From Gloeobacterales cyanobacterium (GTDB taxonomy: Bacteria > Cyanobacteriota > Cyanobacteriia > Gloeobacterales > PMM-0068), in contig JBBRSB010000007.1 in the NCBI GenBank assembly GCA_038245785.1, positions 87,338-151,337 of the forward strand: 64,000 bases of DNA, given 5' to 3'. Positions 43,717 to 53,322 of this stretch are shown here, piece after piece; position 1 is the first letter of the stretch, and the number at the start of each line of letters is the position of its first letter. The notes below the pieces were generated by a model. That model had not been told where the DNA came from, ran no database searches, and was given only the letters and a program-made list of their open reading frames with translations. The translations under genes were made by a program, and so were the position numbers.

Positions 43717-43797
43717 CTCTTAAGCATTTCAAGACAAGAAATAAGCTTTGTCAAATATTAAAACGAGTGAACCAAGGTTTACGCTAAAGCAGCATTT

Positions 43798-44826
43798 TTA
43801 TGACTTAGCCCAGAAGAAATCCTTATCAATTTGCTGGGTGCGAATTAGATATTCCAACTGTTTTAAACGCGTAAACCCTCGGGAATTGAATATTTCTTCC
43901 GTCATGTCAATTTGGTTAAATACCTCATGCAGCTGCTTAGCCCCTCGTTCGGCATTCCAATCACATTTAAAACCTGGGAGCTTTGTATTTATTTTCTCAA
44001 AGGACACCCGATAGCTGCGGTTGTCTGAACCATTTTCCCCAAAAGACAGGGCACAGCCCGTAAATATATCCGCTATCGTTTCGGCAATTTCTTTGACCCG
44101 ATAATTGTTCGCGGTATCGCCCACATTGAAGACCTGATTATGGACAATATCACGCGGGGCTTCCAGGGCGCAGACTATTGCTTTGCCGATATCTAAAGCA
44201 TGGACCAACGGACGCCAGGGTGTTCCATCACTGGTCATTTTGATTTCTTGGGTAGTCCAGGCCAGTCCTGCCAAATTATTCAAGACAATATCGAAGCGCA
44301 TCCGAGGCGAGGCACCAAAGGCTGTGGCATTGCGCATGAAAGTGGGCGAAAAGTGATCATCGGCTAAGGGCCTAAGATCTCGCTCAACTAAGGTTTTGCA
44401 TTCTGCATAGGCTGTTTGCGGATTTACAGCGGATTCTTCAGTGACATCGCCCTCGGTAGCAACGCCGTACACACTGCAGGAAGACATGTACACAAAGCGG
44501 CGTACACCCGCTTCTTTGGCGAGTTTGGCAAGACGGACTGAGCCCTTATGATTGATGTCGTAGGTGATAGTCGGAGATAATTGTCCCGTCGGGTCATTCG
44601 ATAGTTCTGCCATATGCACAATGGCATCGATCCCTTGCAAATCTTCAGCGCTAATATTGCGGATATCTTTAGTGAGGGTTTTGGCCGTCATCTCGGTCCC
44701 GTTATATAGCCACCCAACTTTGTAAAACCCCGTGTCTACGCCGAGCACGTCATGCCCCCGTTCGATTAAGAGGGGAGGCAATAAAGAGCCTAGATATCCT
44801 TCAGTGCCTGTTACCAATACTTTCAT
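43798..44826 (-). CDS. NAD-dependent epimerase/dehydratase
   Basis: TGTEGYLG, SSCSVYG, YAECK catalytic motif. Confidence 0.9.
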   Translation of the reverse strand: MKVLVTGTEGYLGSLLPPLLIERGHDVLGVDTGFYKVGWLYNGTEMTAKTLTKDIRNISAEDLQGIDAIVHMAELSNDPTGQLSPTITYDINHKGSVRLAKLAKEAGVRRFVYMSSCSVYGVATEGDVTEESAVNPQTAYAECKTLVERDLRPLADDHFSPTFMRNATAFGASPRMRFDIVLNNLAGLAWTTQEIKMTSDGTPWRPLVHALDIGKAIVCALEAPRDIVHNQVFNVGDTANNYRVKEIAETIADIFTGCALSFGENGSDNRSYRVSFEKINTKLPGFKCDWNAERGAKQLHEVFNQIDMTEEIFNSRGFTRLKQLEYLIRTQQIDKDFFWAKS

Positions 44827-44838
44827 GATTATTTGATC

Positions 44839-46053
44839 CTATGCGTTGATTTTTGGCGATAGCTGCGACGGTTCCGGAATTCTTGCAGCAATCGCTTTTC
44901 CTATTTCAAGGGAAGAAGTGGCTGCTGGAGAAGGAGCATTACAAACATGAATGGAATTTTGACCTTCAACAATCAAAAAATCATCCACCAGTTTGCCATC
45001 CTTCATTAAGGCTTGAGCGCGGACTCCCGCATGGCAGGGGACTAGATCCTCCGCTTGGACTTCGGGAATCAGTTTCTGCAGACTTCTGACAAAGGCCGCT
45101 TTACTAAAGGAGCGAATCATCTCTTGAATTCCTTCGTCGGCATGCTTAGCAGCCAACTTCCAGAAACCAGGATAGGTCATCACTTCAGCAAAATCTCCCA
45201 GATCGAAATCTGTCTTCTTGTAGCCTTCTCGCTTGAAACTGAGGACGGCATTCGGTCCTGCATGAACGCTACCGTCAATCATTCGAGTAAAGTGCACGCC
45301 CAAAAAGGGAAACTCGGGATTGGGCACGGGGTAAATTAAGGTCTTGACCAGGTAACGCTTTTCTGGAGTAAGTTCGTAATATTCGCCACGGAAAGGGACA
45401 ATCTTCGCTTGGGGATCGACCTGGCCTAGCTTGGCGACCCGGTCGCTATGCAATCCAGCGCAGTTGATCACAAAACGCGCTTCAAACTTCCCCTTATTGG
45501 TTTCCAGCACCTGATTTTTGCCACTGGTAATAATGTGCTCTACTTTCGTGTTGAGATGTAGCGCTCCTCCCTGCATCTGGATAATCTCCGCATATTTCTG
45601 GCAAACCTGCTTGTAGTTTGCTATCCCCGTCGTTGAAACCTGAAGTCCCGCGATACAACGCACATGCGGTTCTATTTCTTTGACTTGCTCTACGCTAATC
45701 TTCTTGACCTGTAAGCCATTTTCCAATCCCCTGTTGTACAGGTTCTCCAGAAGCGGCAGCTGGTTGGTCTCCGTAGCAACAATCACCTTGCCACAGACTT
45801 CATGGGCAATACCATGCTCCTCACAAAATTCCACCATGGAGCGACTACCGGCACGGCAAAACTTTGCTTTGAAGCTCCCTGGCTTGTAGTAAATACCAGA
45901 GTGAATTACACCACTGTTGTTGCCCGTTTGGTGAAAAGCCCATTTGCTCTCTTTTTCTAGCACCAAAATACGAGCAGAAGGATAGCGTTTACCCAGAGCC
46001 ATAGCGCTGGAAAGGCCGACAATGCCACCCCCTATAATTGCAAAGTCATACAT
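44839..46053 (-). CDS. lhgO: L-2-hydroxyglutarate oxidase-like FAD oxidoreductase
   Basis: IGGGIVG, HQTGNNSGVIHSGIYY, PFRGEYY, FLGVHFT, NAPSPAATSS. Confidence 0.88.
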   Translation of the reverse strand: MYDFAIIGGGIVGLSSAMALGKRYPSARILVLEKESKWAFHQTGNNSGVIHSGIYYKPGSFKAKFCRAGSRSMVEFCEEHGIAHEVCGKVIVATETNQLPLLENLYNRGLENGLQVKKISVEQVKEIEPHVRCIAGLQVSTTGIANYKQVCQKYAEIIQMQGGALHLNTKVEHIITSGKNQVLETNKGKFEARFVINCAGLHSDRVAKLGQVDPQAKIVPFRGEYYELTPEKRYLVKTLIYPVPNPEFPFLGVHFTRMIDGSVHAGPNAVLSFKREGYKKTDFDLGDFAEVMTYPGFWKLAAKHADEGIQEMIRSFSKAAFVRSLQKLIPEVQAEDLVPCHAGVRAQALMKDGKLVDDFLIVEGQNSIHVCNAPSPAATSSLEIGKAIAARIPEPSQLSPKINA

Positions 46054-46107
46054 TTATGTTTATTCCTCTAAGACTGAAGAAGACAGTAACGACCCTGTTT
46101 AGGGTGC

Positions 46108-46881
46108 TCACCATACTTTCCAAGGAGCTTTTCCTTTTTCCCAAAGTTTCTCTAAGTGGTTTTTATCCCGTAATGTATCCATGGGTTGCCAAAAACCATC
46201 ATGTTTATAAGCAGATAGCTGTTGCATATGGGCTAGCTTTTCTAGCGGCTCCTGCTCCCAAACAGTAGAATCGTCATCAATGAAATCGATAACTTCTGGT
46301 TCCAAGACAAAATAACCACTATTCACCCAACTACCATCACCATTGGGCTTTTCTTGAAAAGTTGTAACCTTCGTCTGTTCTGAGCCTAGATGGAGTGCAC
46401 CAAAGCGTCCTGGAGGTTGGCCTGCGGTTAGCGTTGCTAGCGTTTTTTGCTCTTTGTGAAAGTTAACTAACTCTGTTACATTCACATTGCTCACCCCATC
46501 TCCATAGGTGAAGCAAAATGTTTCATTGCCAACGTGTTCTTTGACGCGCTTTAGCCGCCCCCCTGTCATGGTTGCATCTCCCGTATCGACCAGGGTGACA
46601 CGCCAAGGTTCAGCATAGCCACAGTGAACACTCATTTGGTTGAATCGCATATCGAACGTGACATCGGACATGTGCAAAAAGTAGTTGGCAAAGTACTCCT
46701 TAATCACATATCCTTTGTACCCGCAGCAGATGATGAAGTCATCAATACCGTGGGCAGAATAAGTTTTCATAATATGCCATAGAATAGGCTTGCCACCAAT
46801 CTCGACCATAGGTTTGGGCTTAACACTTGTTTCTTCACTTAAACGAGTACCAAGGCCCCCAGCAAGTATTACCGCTTTCAT
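46108..46881 (-). CDS. rfbF: Glucose-1-phosphate cytidylyltransferase
   Basis: [52 protein letters not shown]. Confidence 0.95.
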   Translation of the reverse strand: MKAVILAGGLGTRLSEETSVKPKPMVEIGGKPILWHIMKTYSAHGIDDFIICCGYKGYVIKEYFANYFLHMSDVTFDMRFNQMSVHCGYAEPWRVTLVDTGDATMTGGRLKRVKEHVGNETFCFTYGDGVSNVNVTELVNFHKEQKTLATLTAGQPPGRFGALHLGSEQTKVTTFQEKPNGDGSWVNSGYFVLEPEVIDFIDDDSTVWEQEPLEKLAHMQQLSAYKHDGFWQPMDTLRDKNHLEKLWEKGKAPWKVW

Positions 46882-47477
46882 ATAGTTACCTCAAAAGTTT
46901 TAGGACATTGTTGTTTGGAGATAGGATTAGCAACCCAAAAATTCTTCTCATCAATAGACTTGGGGTCTGAAACCCAAACTTAAAAAATTTCTCTAATCAG
47001 TTAGACAGAGACAAAGAACGCGACAAAATTGTTCCCTCACATGATGCAATGTGGGGGGACCTTAAATACAGGAGAGAGGATAGCTACATGCTTATGGGAG
47101 AAGACCCCAGGATCAGTCTGAGCAATTCCTGAGACACAATGGATGGAGCGACCGTTGTTAGACATTTTTAAAAAGAATAAGATTCAAACAGATGCATATG
47201 GTAATCTAGAACACAGAAACATTTGGACATATCTCTCACGCGCTGTGGCCTCCAAGTAAGAGGCTGCATAAGAGAAGCTGAGATTCAATAAACCGTCAAA
47301 GCTTCTCTAAATAAATCATGTGCGTAACGCATTAATTTAAATTTGGCGTTCTGACTGCCTTAGTCTCGTTATTTTTACATATTCTACTACAGAAGCAAAA
47401 ATAGTAAACTTCAATAATTAAGAATTTTATCCATTCTCTAAGTCAACCAAGTTGATAATACAGTTACCACGAAATAG

Positions 47478-47493
47478 TGTAGCCCTAGCTACA
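47478..47493. promoter_or_regulatory. NtcA-consensus palindrome
   Basis: TGTA-GCCCTAGC-TACA, i.e. TGTA-N8-TACA, in the rfbF/NUDIX divergent intergenic region. Confidence 0.5.
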
Positions 47494-47695
47494 GAGAGAC
47501 CTTAGACAAAGAATATTCATGCCAAGCATAATAAGTATTTTCACGGGGATGCCAATCCAAAGACATCAGTAAAAACACATAGAAATAGCATATCTTTGAG
47601 TAAGTAATGGCAAAACATGCTAATTCAAAATTATCTAATCTGCCTTACCGCTTAATTTCATAAGCTCTTTACTACTCTTTTTCCTTAGGTCGGAT

Positions 47696-48151
47696 TTGAG
47701 TATCACCCCTCAGCACGTTGTATCGATTGCCATTCTTTACCGAGAGGCTCAGTTTTTATGGCAGCTGCGGGATAACATTCCTGGCATTCTTTATCCTGGG
47801 TATTGGGGATTTTTTGGGGGACATGTAGAAGCAGGGGAAACGCCAGAAGAGGCAATGCACCGAGAACTCTTGGAAGAAATTGGCTATGCGCCTCCAGTCC
47901 TTTTTAAATTTGACAGTCGCCAAGAAGGAGCGGTGTTGCGACATATCTATCACGCTCCGCTGACGATAGATATTCGAGACCTGACGCTCTATGAAGGTTG
48001 GGATTTGGGAATGCTGACCCCTGCAGATATCCAGCGCGGAGAACACTACTCAGCGCGGGCAGGTGAAATCCGCCCGCTCGGAAAACCGCACCAACAAATT
48101 CTGTTGGACTTTCTGTCTAGCGGAGTGCTCCGGAGACAGGAGGCTACATAA
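47696..48151 (+). CDS. NUDIX hydrolase
   Basis: GGHVEAGETPEEAMHRELLEEIG Nudix box. Confidence 0.88.
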   Translation: MSITPQHVVSIAILYREAQFLWQLRDNIPGILYPGYWGFFGGHVEAGETPEEAMHRELLEEIGYAPPVLFKFDSRQEGAVLRHIYHAPLTIDIRDLTLYEGWDLGMLTPADIQRGEHYSARAGEIRPLGKPHQQILLDFLSSGVLRRQEAT

Positions 48152-48253
48152 AACTCAAAGTCTGCGTTGCATGAAGGACAGCCTTTAAAATTTGTTGATA
48201 CTTTTGTAGTTTATTTTGGGTAAACTGCGATCGCAGTCTACTCTGCTAAATAC

Positions 48254-49255
48254 ATGCAAAAACCTCGCCAAAGCAAAATCCATACATTAATCCAGCAACT
48301 TGACGTAGTTCAGCGTGTTACTGATTCAGAATTTTGGTTGGCCACTGAAGAACTATGCAATTTACTAGAACTGGATGCTACTGCCTTAGACGAACTAAAA
48401 ACTAAAGAGTTGTCATTTCAATTTGCTTGGCGAAATTTTATTTGCACCCTTGTTAGCTATCAAGGCAATCGCAAACTGTGGAAGATTACTAGCCAGTCCA
48501 CGGTCAAAGCTTCAACTCTAGAAATTGTGAATCAAGCTGAAAAAGCATACTCATCTTCATCCTTACTTAGTCATAATTTTTACAATAATATCATTGCTAA
48601 TTCATCTACGACTCAGAGGCACCAGCCAAAAAGTGCTGCTATAGTTGCATCTCAATCTCTACCAGAAGTTTTACCTTCTCATTTTATTCAATTGCAAGAT
48701 TTTTTAAGTGTGCTGGAGTTAGAGCAATTATTTAATTTCGTGATGGAACAGGAAAATAATTTTCTGCCCACTGCAAACTCAGCTAACGATCCAGATTATC
48801 GTCGCTCCATGTTTTTGCCAATCTTTGAACAATTCTCAAACTTACTTATAAACCGAGTCAAAGCAATTGTGCCTCAACTCGTTAATCAATTCAAGATAGC
48901 GCCGTTCCAAATAGATTATATAGAAGCACAGCTTACTTCCCATAATGATGGTAATTATTACAAAGTGCATAACGACAGTGGTAGCCCTGACTCAGCGACC
49001 CGTGAATTAAGCTATGTGTATTACTTTAACCGAGAGCCCAAGGCATTTTTCGGTGGTGAATTGATGATCTATGATAGTAAAATAGAAAACAACTTTTATG
49101 TTGCTGCCGATTCATTTAAAACCGTACAGCCGCTCAATAACAGCATTGTATTTTTTCTCAGTCGCTATATGCACGAAGTTCTGCCCGTAAGCTGTCCTTC
49201 CCACGCTTTTGCTGACAGTCGATTTACTATTAACGGCTGGGTAAGAAAGAGTTAA
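48254..49255 (+). CDS. 2OG-Fe(II) prolyl-hydroxylase-like oxygenase with N-terminal extension
   Basis: YKVHND, YVYYF, GGEL, HEV, RFTINGW; AT-rich. Confidence 0.85.
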   Translation: MQKPRQSKIHTLIQQLDVVQRVTDSEFWLATEELCNLLELDATALDELKTKELSFQFAWRNFICTLVSYQGNRKLWKITSQSTVKASTLEIVNQAEKAYSSSSLLSHNFYNNIIANSSTTQRHQPKSAAIVASQSLPEVLPSHFIQLQDFLSVLELEQLFNFVMEQENNFLPTANSANDPDYRRSMFLPIFEQFSNLLINRVKAIVPQLVNQFKIAPFQIDYIEAQLTSHNDGNYYKVHNDSGSPDSATRELSYVYYFNREPKAFFGGELMIYDSKIENNFYVAADSFKTVQPLNNSIVFFLSRYMHEVLPVSCPSHAFADSRFTINGWVRKS

Positions 49256-49329
49256 ATGAGGTGAGTTCGGGATTAGGAAAGACAGAGCAGATAAGCTAAA
49301 TAGGAGCTTATGGTAATAGGAACAATAAG

Positions 49330-50244
49330 CTACGCCGTATCAGTGATCCGATCTAAGTCTTGGTCATTCCATGATGAGGGATCTTCCAATGGCTCCAAAT
49401 GAGTTGTGAGATGGGTATCTGGAAGCTCTTTGATAATGGCTAACTCAATGGCCTCACACAAATCATGCCCCTGCTGAACGGTCCACATACCAGGGACCAG
49501 AACGTGGAAAGATACAAATCGTCGTGCTCCAGCGACCCGTGTTCGCAAGGCGTGAAACTGGATTCCTCCCTGCTCATGGGTTGCGAATAGGTCCGTGATG
49601 ATTCGCTGCTCCGTTGCCGGGAGGGACGCATCCAATAGTCCAGAGCCAGTTTCTCGCAGCAGCTTAATACCCGTCCAGACAATGTTGGCGGCAACAATCA
49701 GCGCAATAATTGGATCAAGGACCAACCATCCCGTCAAGGGTACAAAGATTAGAGCCAGTAATACGCCAATTGAAGTCCATACATCTGTGAACAGATGATG
49801 AGCATCCGCGCGCAATGTAATTGACCGCAATCGTTTTCCTGCTCTTAGCAAAATTAAGGCAAGCCCGCCATTGATGACTGTGGCCACGAGTGAGAGCATG
49901 AGCCCCAGCCCAAGTTGCTCTATGGGCTGAGGATGAAACAGGCGTTCCCATGCGGCGACCGCAATACCGGCTGCTGCAACCAGAATCAAGGCACCTTCCA
50001 CACCGCTGGAAAAATATTCGGCTTTGGAATGCCCAAAAGCATGCTCTTTGTCCGGTGGTTTAGCAGCAAGGGTTAGCGCCCACACCGCCACCACAGCAGC
50101 AACTAAATTAACGCCTGATTCAAGAGCATCGGATAATAGCCCGACCGAACCCGTTAAGAAATAAGCACCGGACTTCAAGGCGATGGTCAGTAGTGCAGCG
50201 ATGATAGAGAGGGTTGCATAAGAGCGGGCTGATTGAGTATTCAC
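49330..50244 (-). CDS. Cation diffusion facilitator (FieF-like) transporter
   Basis: GSVGLLSDALES, PPDKEHAFGHSKAE, ADAHHLFTD, HLEP. Confidence 0.92.
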   Translation of the reverse strand: MNTQSARSYATLSIIAALLTIALKSGAYFLTGSVGLLSDALESGVNLVAAVVAVWALTLAAKPPDKEHAFGHSKAEYFSSGVEGALILVAAAGIAVAAWERLFHPQPIEQLGLGLMLSLVATVINGGLALILLRAGKRLRSITLRADAHHLFTDVWTSIGVLLALIFVPLTGWLVLDPIIALIVAANIVWTGIKLLRETGSGLLDASLPATEQRIITDLFATHEQGGIQFHALRTRVAGARRFVSFHVLVPGMWTVQQGHDLCEAIELAIIKELPDTHLTTHLEPLEDPSSWNDQDLDRITDTA

Positions 50245-50318
50245 GGCAATCTCCTCATATGCTCTTCGATCAAGTCGCAGAGACTTCTTGTGGGCTTAGC
50301 GTATTCTTCCATTCTGGC

Positions 50319-51065
50319 TCAAGGGCTATTTCCTATCCCCGCATTTCGTCCAGGCAAATTGCTGGACACAGACGGGCGTCCCGTCTTCCAAATTCGATAA
50401 GCAAGTAACCCTAAGATACTGAGTCCACTAAACCCGTATAGACTTCGAGCCCAGAGGAAGGAGCTATCCGTCCCACTGCTAAACCCGTGGATCAAAGCCA
50501 GCAAAAAGAGCCCAAAACTCAAGAAGTGAATTAGCCGCCACATGCGTTTCCCTATCCACTGACGCACATAGACACTCAGGCCCACAAGCATCATCAAGTA
50601 GAGTCCGATCTGTCCCAAGCCCACCCACAGAGGACGATAGTTTGTGCTGGTAAAGGGCACGAGTACCTTAACTAAGGTGTATCCAATATAGTGATCCCCA
50701 ATCAGAATCAGAGCATGGAAAAGGGCAAAAGAGAGACCCAGTAAGGCGGTGTATTGATGTAGTTCAAAAGCAGTGGGTCCACCTGGCCAGATGGGAGACA
50801 GTTTACTCGTGATTAAAAGGCCAAGAATCATCGATAACCAGAGCAAGCCAAAGGCAACAAAGGCCGTTGACCGGGAGAGATGCCAAAAGACTTTGGGCGA
50901 TTCCCCCGCTATAGAAGTGGTCAAAGTAGGAAGCCAGGAAGGCAACACCGCAATCGCAGCAAAAGCACCAACCATCACGGCTACCAGCATCAGCAGTACA
51001 TTCTGCCAGGCCATTACAGGTGGCTCTTCATCCCAAGCTTTGTTCTTCGTCGTTTCCGAGGTCAT
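50319..51065 (-). CDS. Ferric reductase-like / MsrQ-like di-heme transmembrane protein
   Basis: WHLSRST, four TM His (FELHQ, LFHAL, RLIHF, LIHG). Confidence 0.82.
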   Translation of the reverse strand: MTSETTKNKAWDEEPPVMAWQNVLLMLVAVMVGAFAAIAVLPSWLPTLTTSIAGESPKVFWHLSRSTAFVAFGLLWLSMILGLLITSKLSPIWPGGPTAFELHQYTALLGLSFALFHALILIGDHYIGYTLVKVLVPFTSTNYRPLWVGLGQIGLYLMMLVGLSVYVRQWIGKRMWRLIHFLSFGLFLLALIHGFSSGTDSSFLWARSLYGFSGLSILGLLAYRIWKTGRPSVSSNLPGRNAGIGNSP

Positions 51066-51068
51066 GAT

Positions 51069-52001
51069 TTAGCTCCATACATAGGATTTGAATCGACGAC
51101 TGCGCAAAATCTGGCCCTCTTCAAGAATCAAAAGTCCCGCAAAGGATGGATGGGCTTCAAGCCACTGCAATCCCTCTTCGCTACCGAGGATAAGCACTAC
51201 CTTAGCGGCCATTTCCGCCTCACAGGTTGTAGGCGCGACAATCGTTATGGTGAGAATATCGGTTTGTGCTGGTTGCGCGGTGCGCGGGTCTAAAATATGG
51301 TGCTGCCAGTGGCCTCCTTGCTTCCATCGCCGATAATCGCGACCAGAGGTTGCTACCCCACCCCCTGAAAGCATTAGCATTTCCACTTCATGCCCGTCTG
51401 GGGCAGTCACGCCTATCGGCCAGGCTGTTCCATCAGCCCGTGGACCACTAATGGCGATATCTCCCCCGGCATCCACCAGAGCAGGGCCATGCTGGCTCAA
51501 TTTTTGAACGGCCTGTTGTGCAGCCCATCCTTTAGCGATACCGCCCAAGTCCAATTGCATGCCGAAGGGCAAGCGAATAGAACGGGTTTGGGCATTACAT
51601 TCGATAGCTCGCCAATCTTTAACCGCCATCGGAGTCTTGGTCTTTAGATAAATTGAAGCCCCAGATGGTTGACCAGACAGTTGCAGGGATGAAAAGCTGC
51701 GGTCATAACCAGCCGATTCCATTGCAGTTAACAAGGTGGGAGTTACCAAGCCCCCACTGGCGGCGGAGGCCCTAAGTGCGGCTTGCACCACATCCCAAAG
51801 CACACTGCTTACAGGGAATGCTCGGCCCCTACTGCGGTTGAGCTGACTCAGTTCACTATCGATTCGAAAACGGCTCAAGTGCTGTTCCCAATTGGCGAAC
51901 CATGAAGGCACTTCCGCGAGCCATTCGTCCGCTCGGGCATGAGCAGTGTCCACTGCAGCCAGCATCTGGCAGTTCATGGCACGAAATTCTAAACTTTTCA
52001 T
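51069..52001 (-). CDS. apbE: FAD:protein FMN transferase (no signal peptide)
   Basis: FRAMN, SRFRIDSELSQLN, LDLGGIAKG, DAGGD, ATSG, HHILDPRT. Confidence 0.92.
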   Translation of the reverse strand: MKSLEFRAMNCQMLAAVDTAHARADEWLAEVPSWFANWEQHLSRFRIDSELSQLNRSRGRAFPVSSVLWDVVQAALRASAASGGLVTPTLLTAMESAGYDRSFSSLQLSGQPSGASIYLKTKTPMAVKDWRAIECNAQTRSIRLPFGMQLDLGGIAKGWAAQQAVQKLSQHGPALVDAGGDIAISGPRADGTAWPIGVTAPDGHEVEMLMLSGGGVATSGRDYRRWKQGGHWQHHILDPRTAQPAQTDILTITIVAPTTCEAEMAAKVVLILGSEEGLQWLEAHPSFAGLLILEEGQILRSRRFKSYVWS

Positions 52002-52005
52002 AGCT

Positions 52006-52329
52006 TTAACGGGATGAACGGGTTGTCGTCACAGGAGCGGGTCTATATCGTGGAGTCGAACGCACTGCAGGAACTCTTACCTTAGGCCGTTTGTTTAAGG
52101 TCGGGCGCTGAGACTCTTTCAAGGTTGACGGTTGCTGGACAGGTTGAATAACGGCAGGCCGTACAACCTCCTGGGCTGCTGGTTGTGATAGTTGCGTGTT
52201 GACAGGTGCCGCTTCTTGAGCCGCAAAGGCCTGCCAACCCACCAGTGTAGAAACTGCCGCTGCCGCTGATATAAGCCATTTCAATCCCGCCGCAGGAGAA
52301 GGGCGTTTTTTTGTGGGTGATTTAGACAT
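52006..52329 (-). CDS. Small exported Pro/Gln-rich protein ending TTTRSSR (candidate ApbE substrate)
   Basis: Basic N-terminus plus hydrophobic helix plus AFA; GGAGG RBS; ends 4 bp before apbE. Confidence 0.7.
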   Translation of the reverse strand: MSKSPTKKRPSPAAGLKWLISAAAAVSTLVGWQAFAAQEAAPVNTQLSQPAAQEVVRPAVIQPVQQPSTLKESQRPTLNKRPKVRVPAVRSTPRYRPAPVTTTRSSR

Positions 52330-52357
52330 TTTGGATTACCTCCGAAAACTTTTTTAC

Positions 52358-52714
52358 TCAGTCGTCTTCATGCTCAGCATGGTGCTCATCAAAGGCGATG
52401 AATTCACCTTCATTTTCTTGTTCAATATAGGCAGACTTTTTGACGTGAGACCCAGAGATTTTTTTCTGAGTTTGGTTCCTTTCAAAAGACTGATTGGAAT
52501 CTTGTGTAGGGCTCAAAGCAGCCAGTTCCGGTTCGCGGTTACTCTGCGTAGGAACTGTCTTCTGGGCCTGTGCCAGGACTGCCACAGGCGAGTTCGGCTG
52601 TTCGGCAATAATGGTTTGTTTGGATTGAATAAGGCTGCTAGAAATACCACCGATTACAACCAATACAAATGCAGCTAAGGTGGTGCTTGTAAACAGGATA
52701 ATTTTTTGTTTCAT
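52358..52714 (-). CDS. Membrane-anchored/secreted hypothetical protein with His/acidic tail
   Basis: MKQKIILF...LVVIGG anchor; C-terminal DEHHAEHEDD. Confidence 0.65.
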   Translation of the reverse strand: MKQKIILFTSTTLAAFVLVVIGGISSSLIQSKQTIIAEQPNSPVAVLAQAQKTVPTQSNREPELAALSPTQDSNQSFERNQTQKKISGSHVKKSAYIEQENEGEFIAFDEHHAEHEDD

Positions 52715-52767
52715 CGGATTCTTTCTCATTTTGAAACTCACTACTCTATTACTGTAAAGAAAAATTA

Positions 52768-52821
52768 TGAAATGAGGATGAGATAGGGCAGGCAATCAGC
52801 AAATAGGAAGTTTTATCAATA
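52768..52821 (-). promoter_or_regulatory. Duplicated promoter block, copy A
   Basis: 43/54 ungapped identity with 53323-53376. Confidence 0.7.
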
Positions 52822-52920
52822 GCGCTAACCCTGTTCGCTTAGATGGTCAAGTAGACTGCTACGGGGACAATATTAACCATTAACCGTATCGCTGCTGGAA
52901 TGCCCAATATAGGCCAGGAG

Positions 52921-53265
52921 CTACTGACAATAGGGGGTCACATCCTCACCACATACATCCGCAAGATAGGTCAGAGACTTGAAGCGAAGACTGACAAATT
53001 GCATATAGAACGGGTTAAGTTTGCATAGGGGTGGAATGTGCAAGACCGTATGACCAAAAAACGTGATGTCACGCTCAAAAGGACATTGGGCAGGAATGAT
53101 TTTGCACAACAGCCGTGCCACCTTTGGGTTATGGATCTCGATAGATTCTATCCACTGGCGCAATGGCTGTAGCCAATCGCCCTTGACTTCTTTGCGGACG
53201 ATTACAGGGGGCGATTCAGGTCTAAATAGCGTTGGAGATGCATATACAGGTTTCATGAAAAACAT
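52921..53265 (-). CDS. Mo-dependent nitrogenase C-terminal domain-like small protein
   Basis: LQPLRQW, ARLLCKIIPAQCPFERDI, IPPLCKLNP, YLADVCGEDVTPYC. Confidence 0.88.
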   Translation of the reverse strand: MFFMKPVYASPTLFRPESPPVIVRKEVKGDWLQPLRQWIESIEIHNPKVARLLCKIIPAQCPFERDITFFGHTVLHIPPLCKLNPFYMQFVSLRFKSLTYLADVCGEDVTPYCQ

Positions 53266-53322
53266 CCTCGAGATTTCTTTCTCGTTGTGAAACTATCTAT
53301 ATCCATTACTAAACAAGGATTT

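Noticed and set aside
46882..47695. Heterocyst-specific DIF1 motif (TCCGGA) in the leader of the HEP-like cluster
   Set aside because: Not found on reading this interval
52921..53265. Evidence for nitrogen fixation from the Mo-dependent nitrogenase C-terminal domain
   Set aside because: The domain name is misleading; it occurs in non-diazotrophs and no nif genes are in the window
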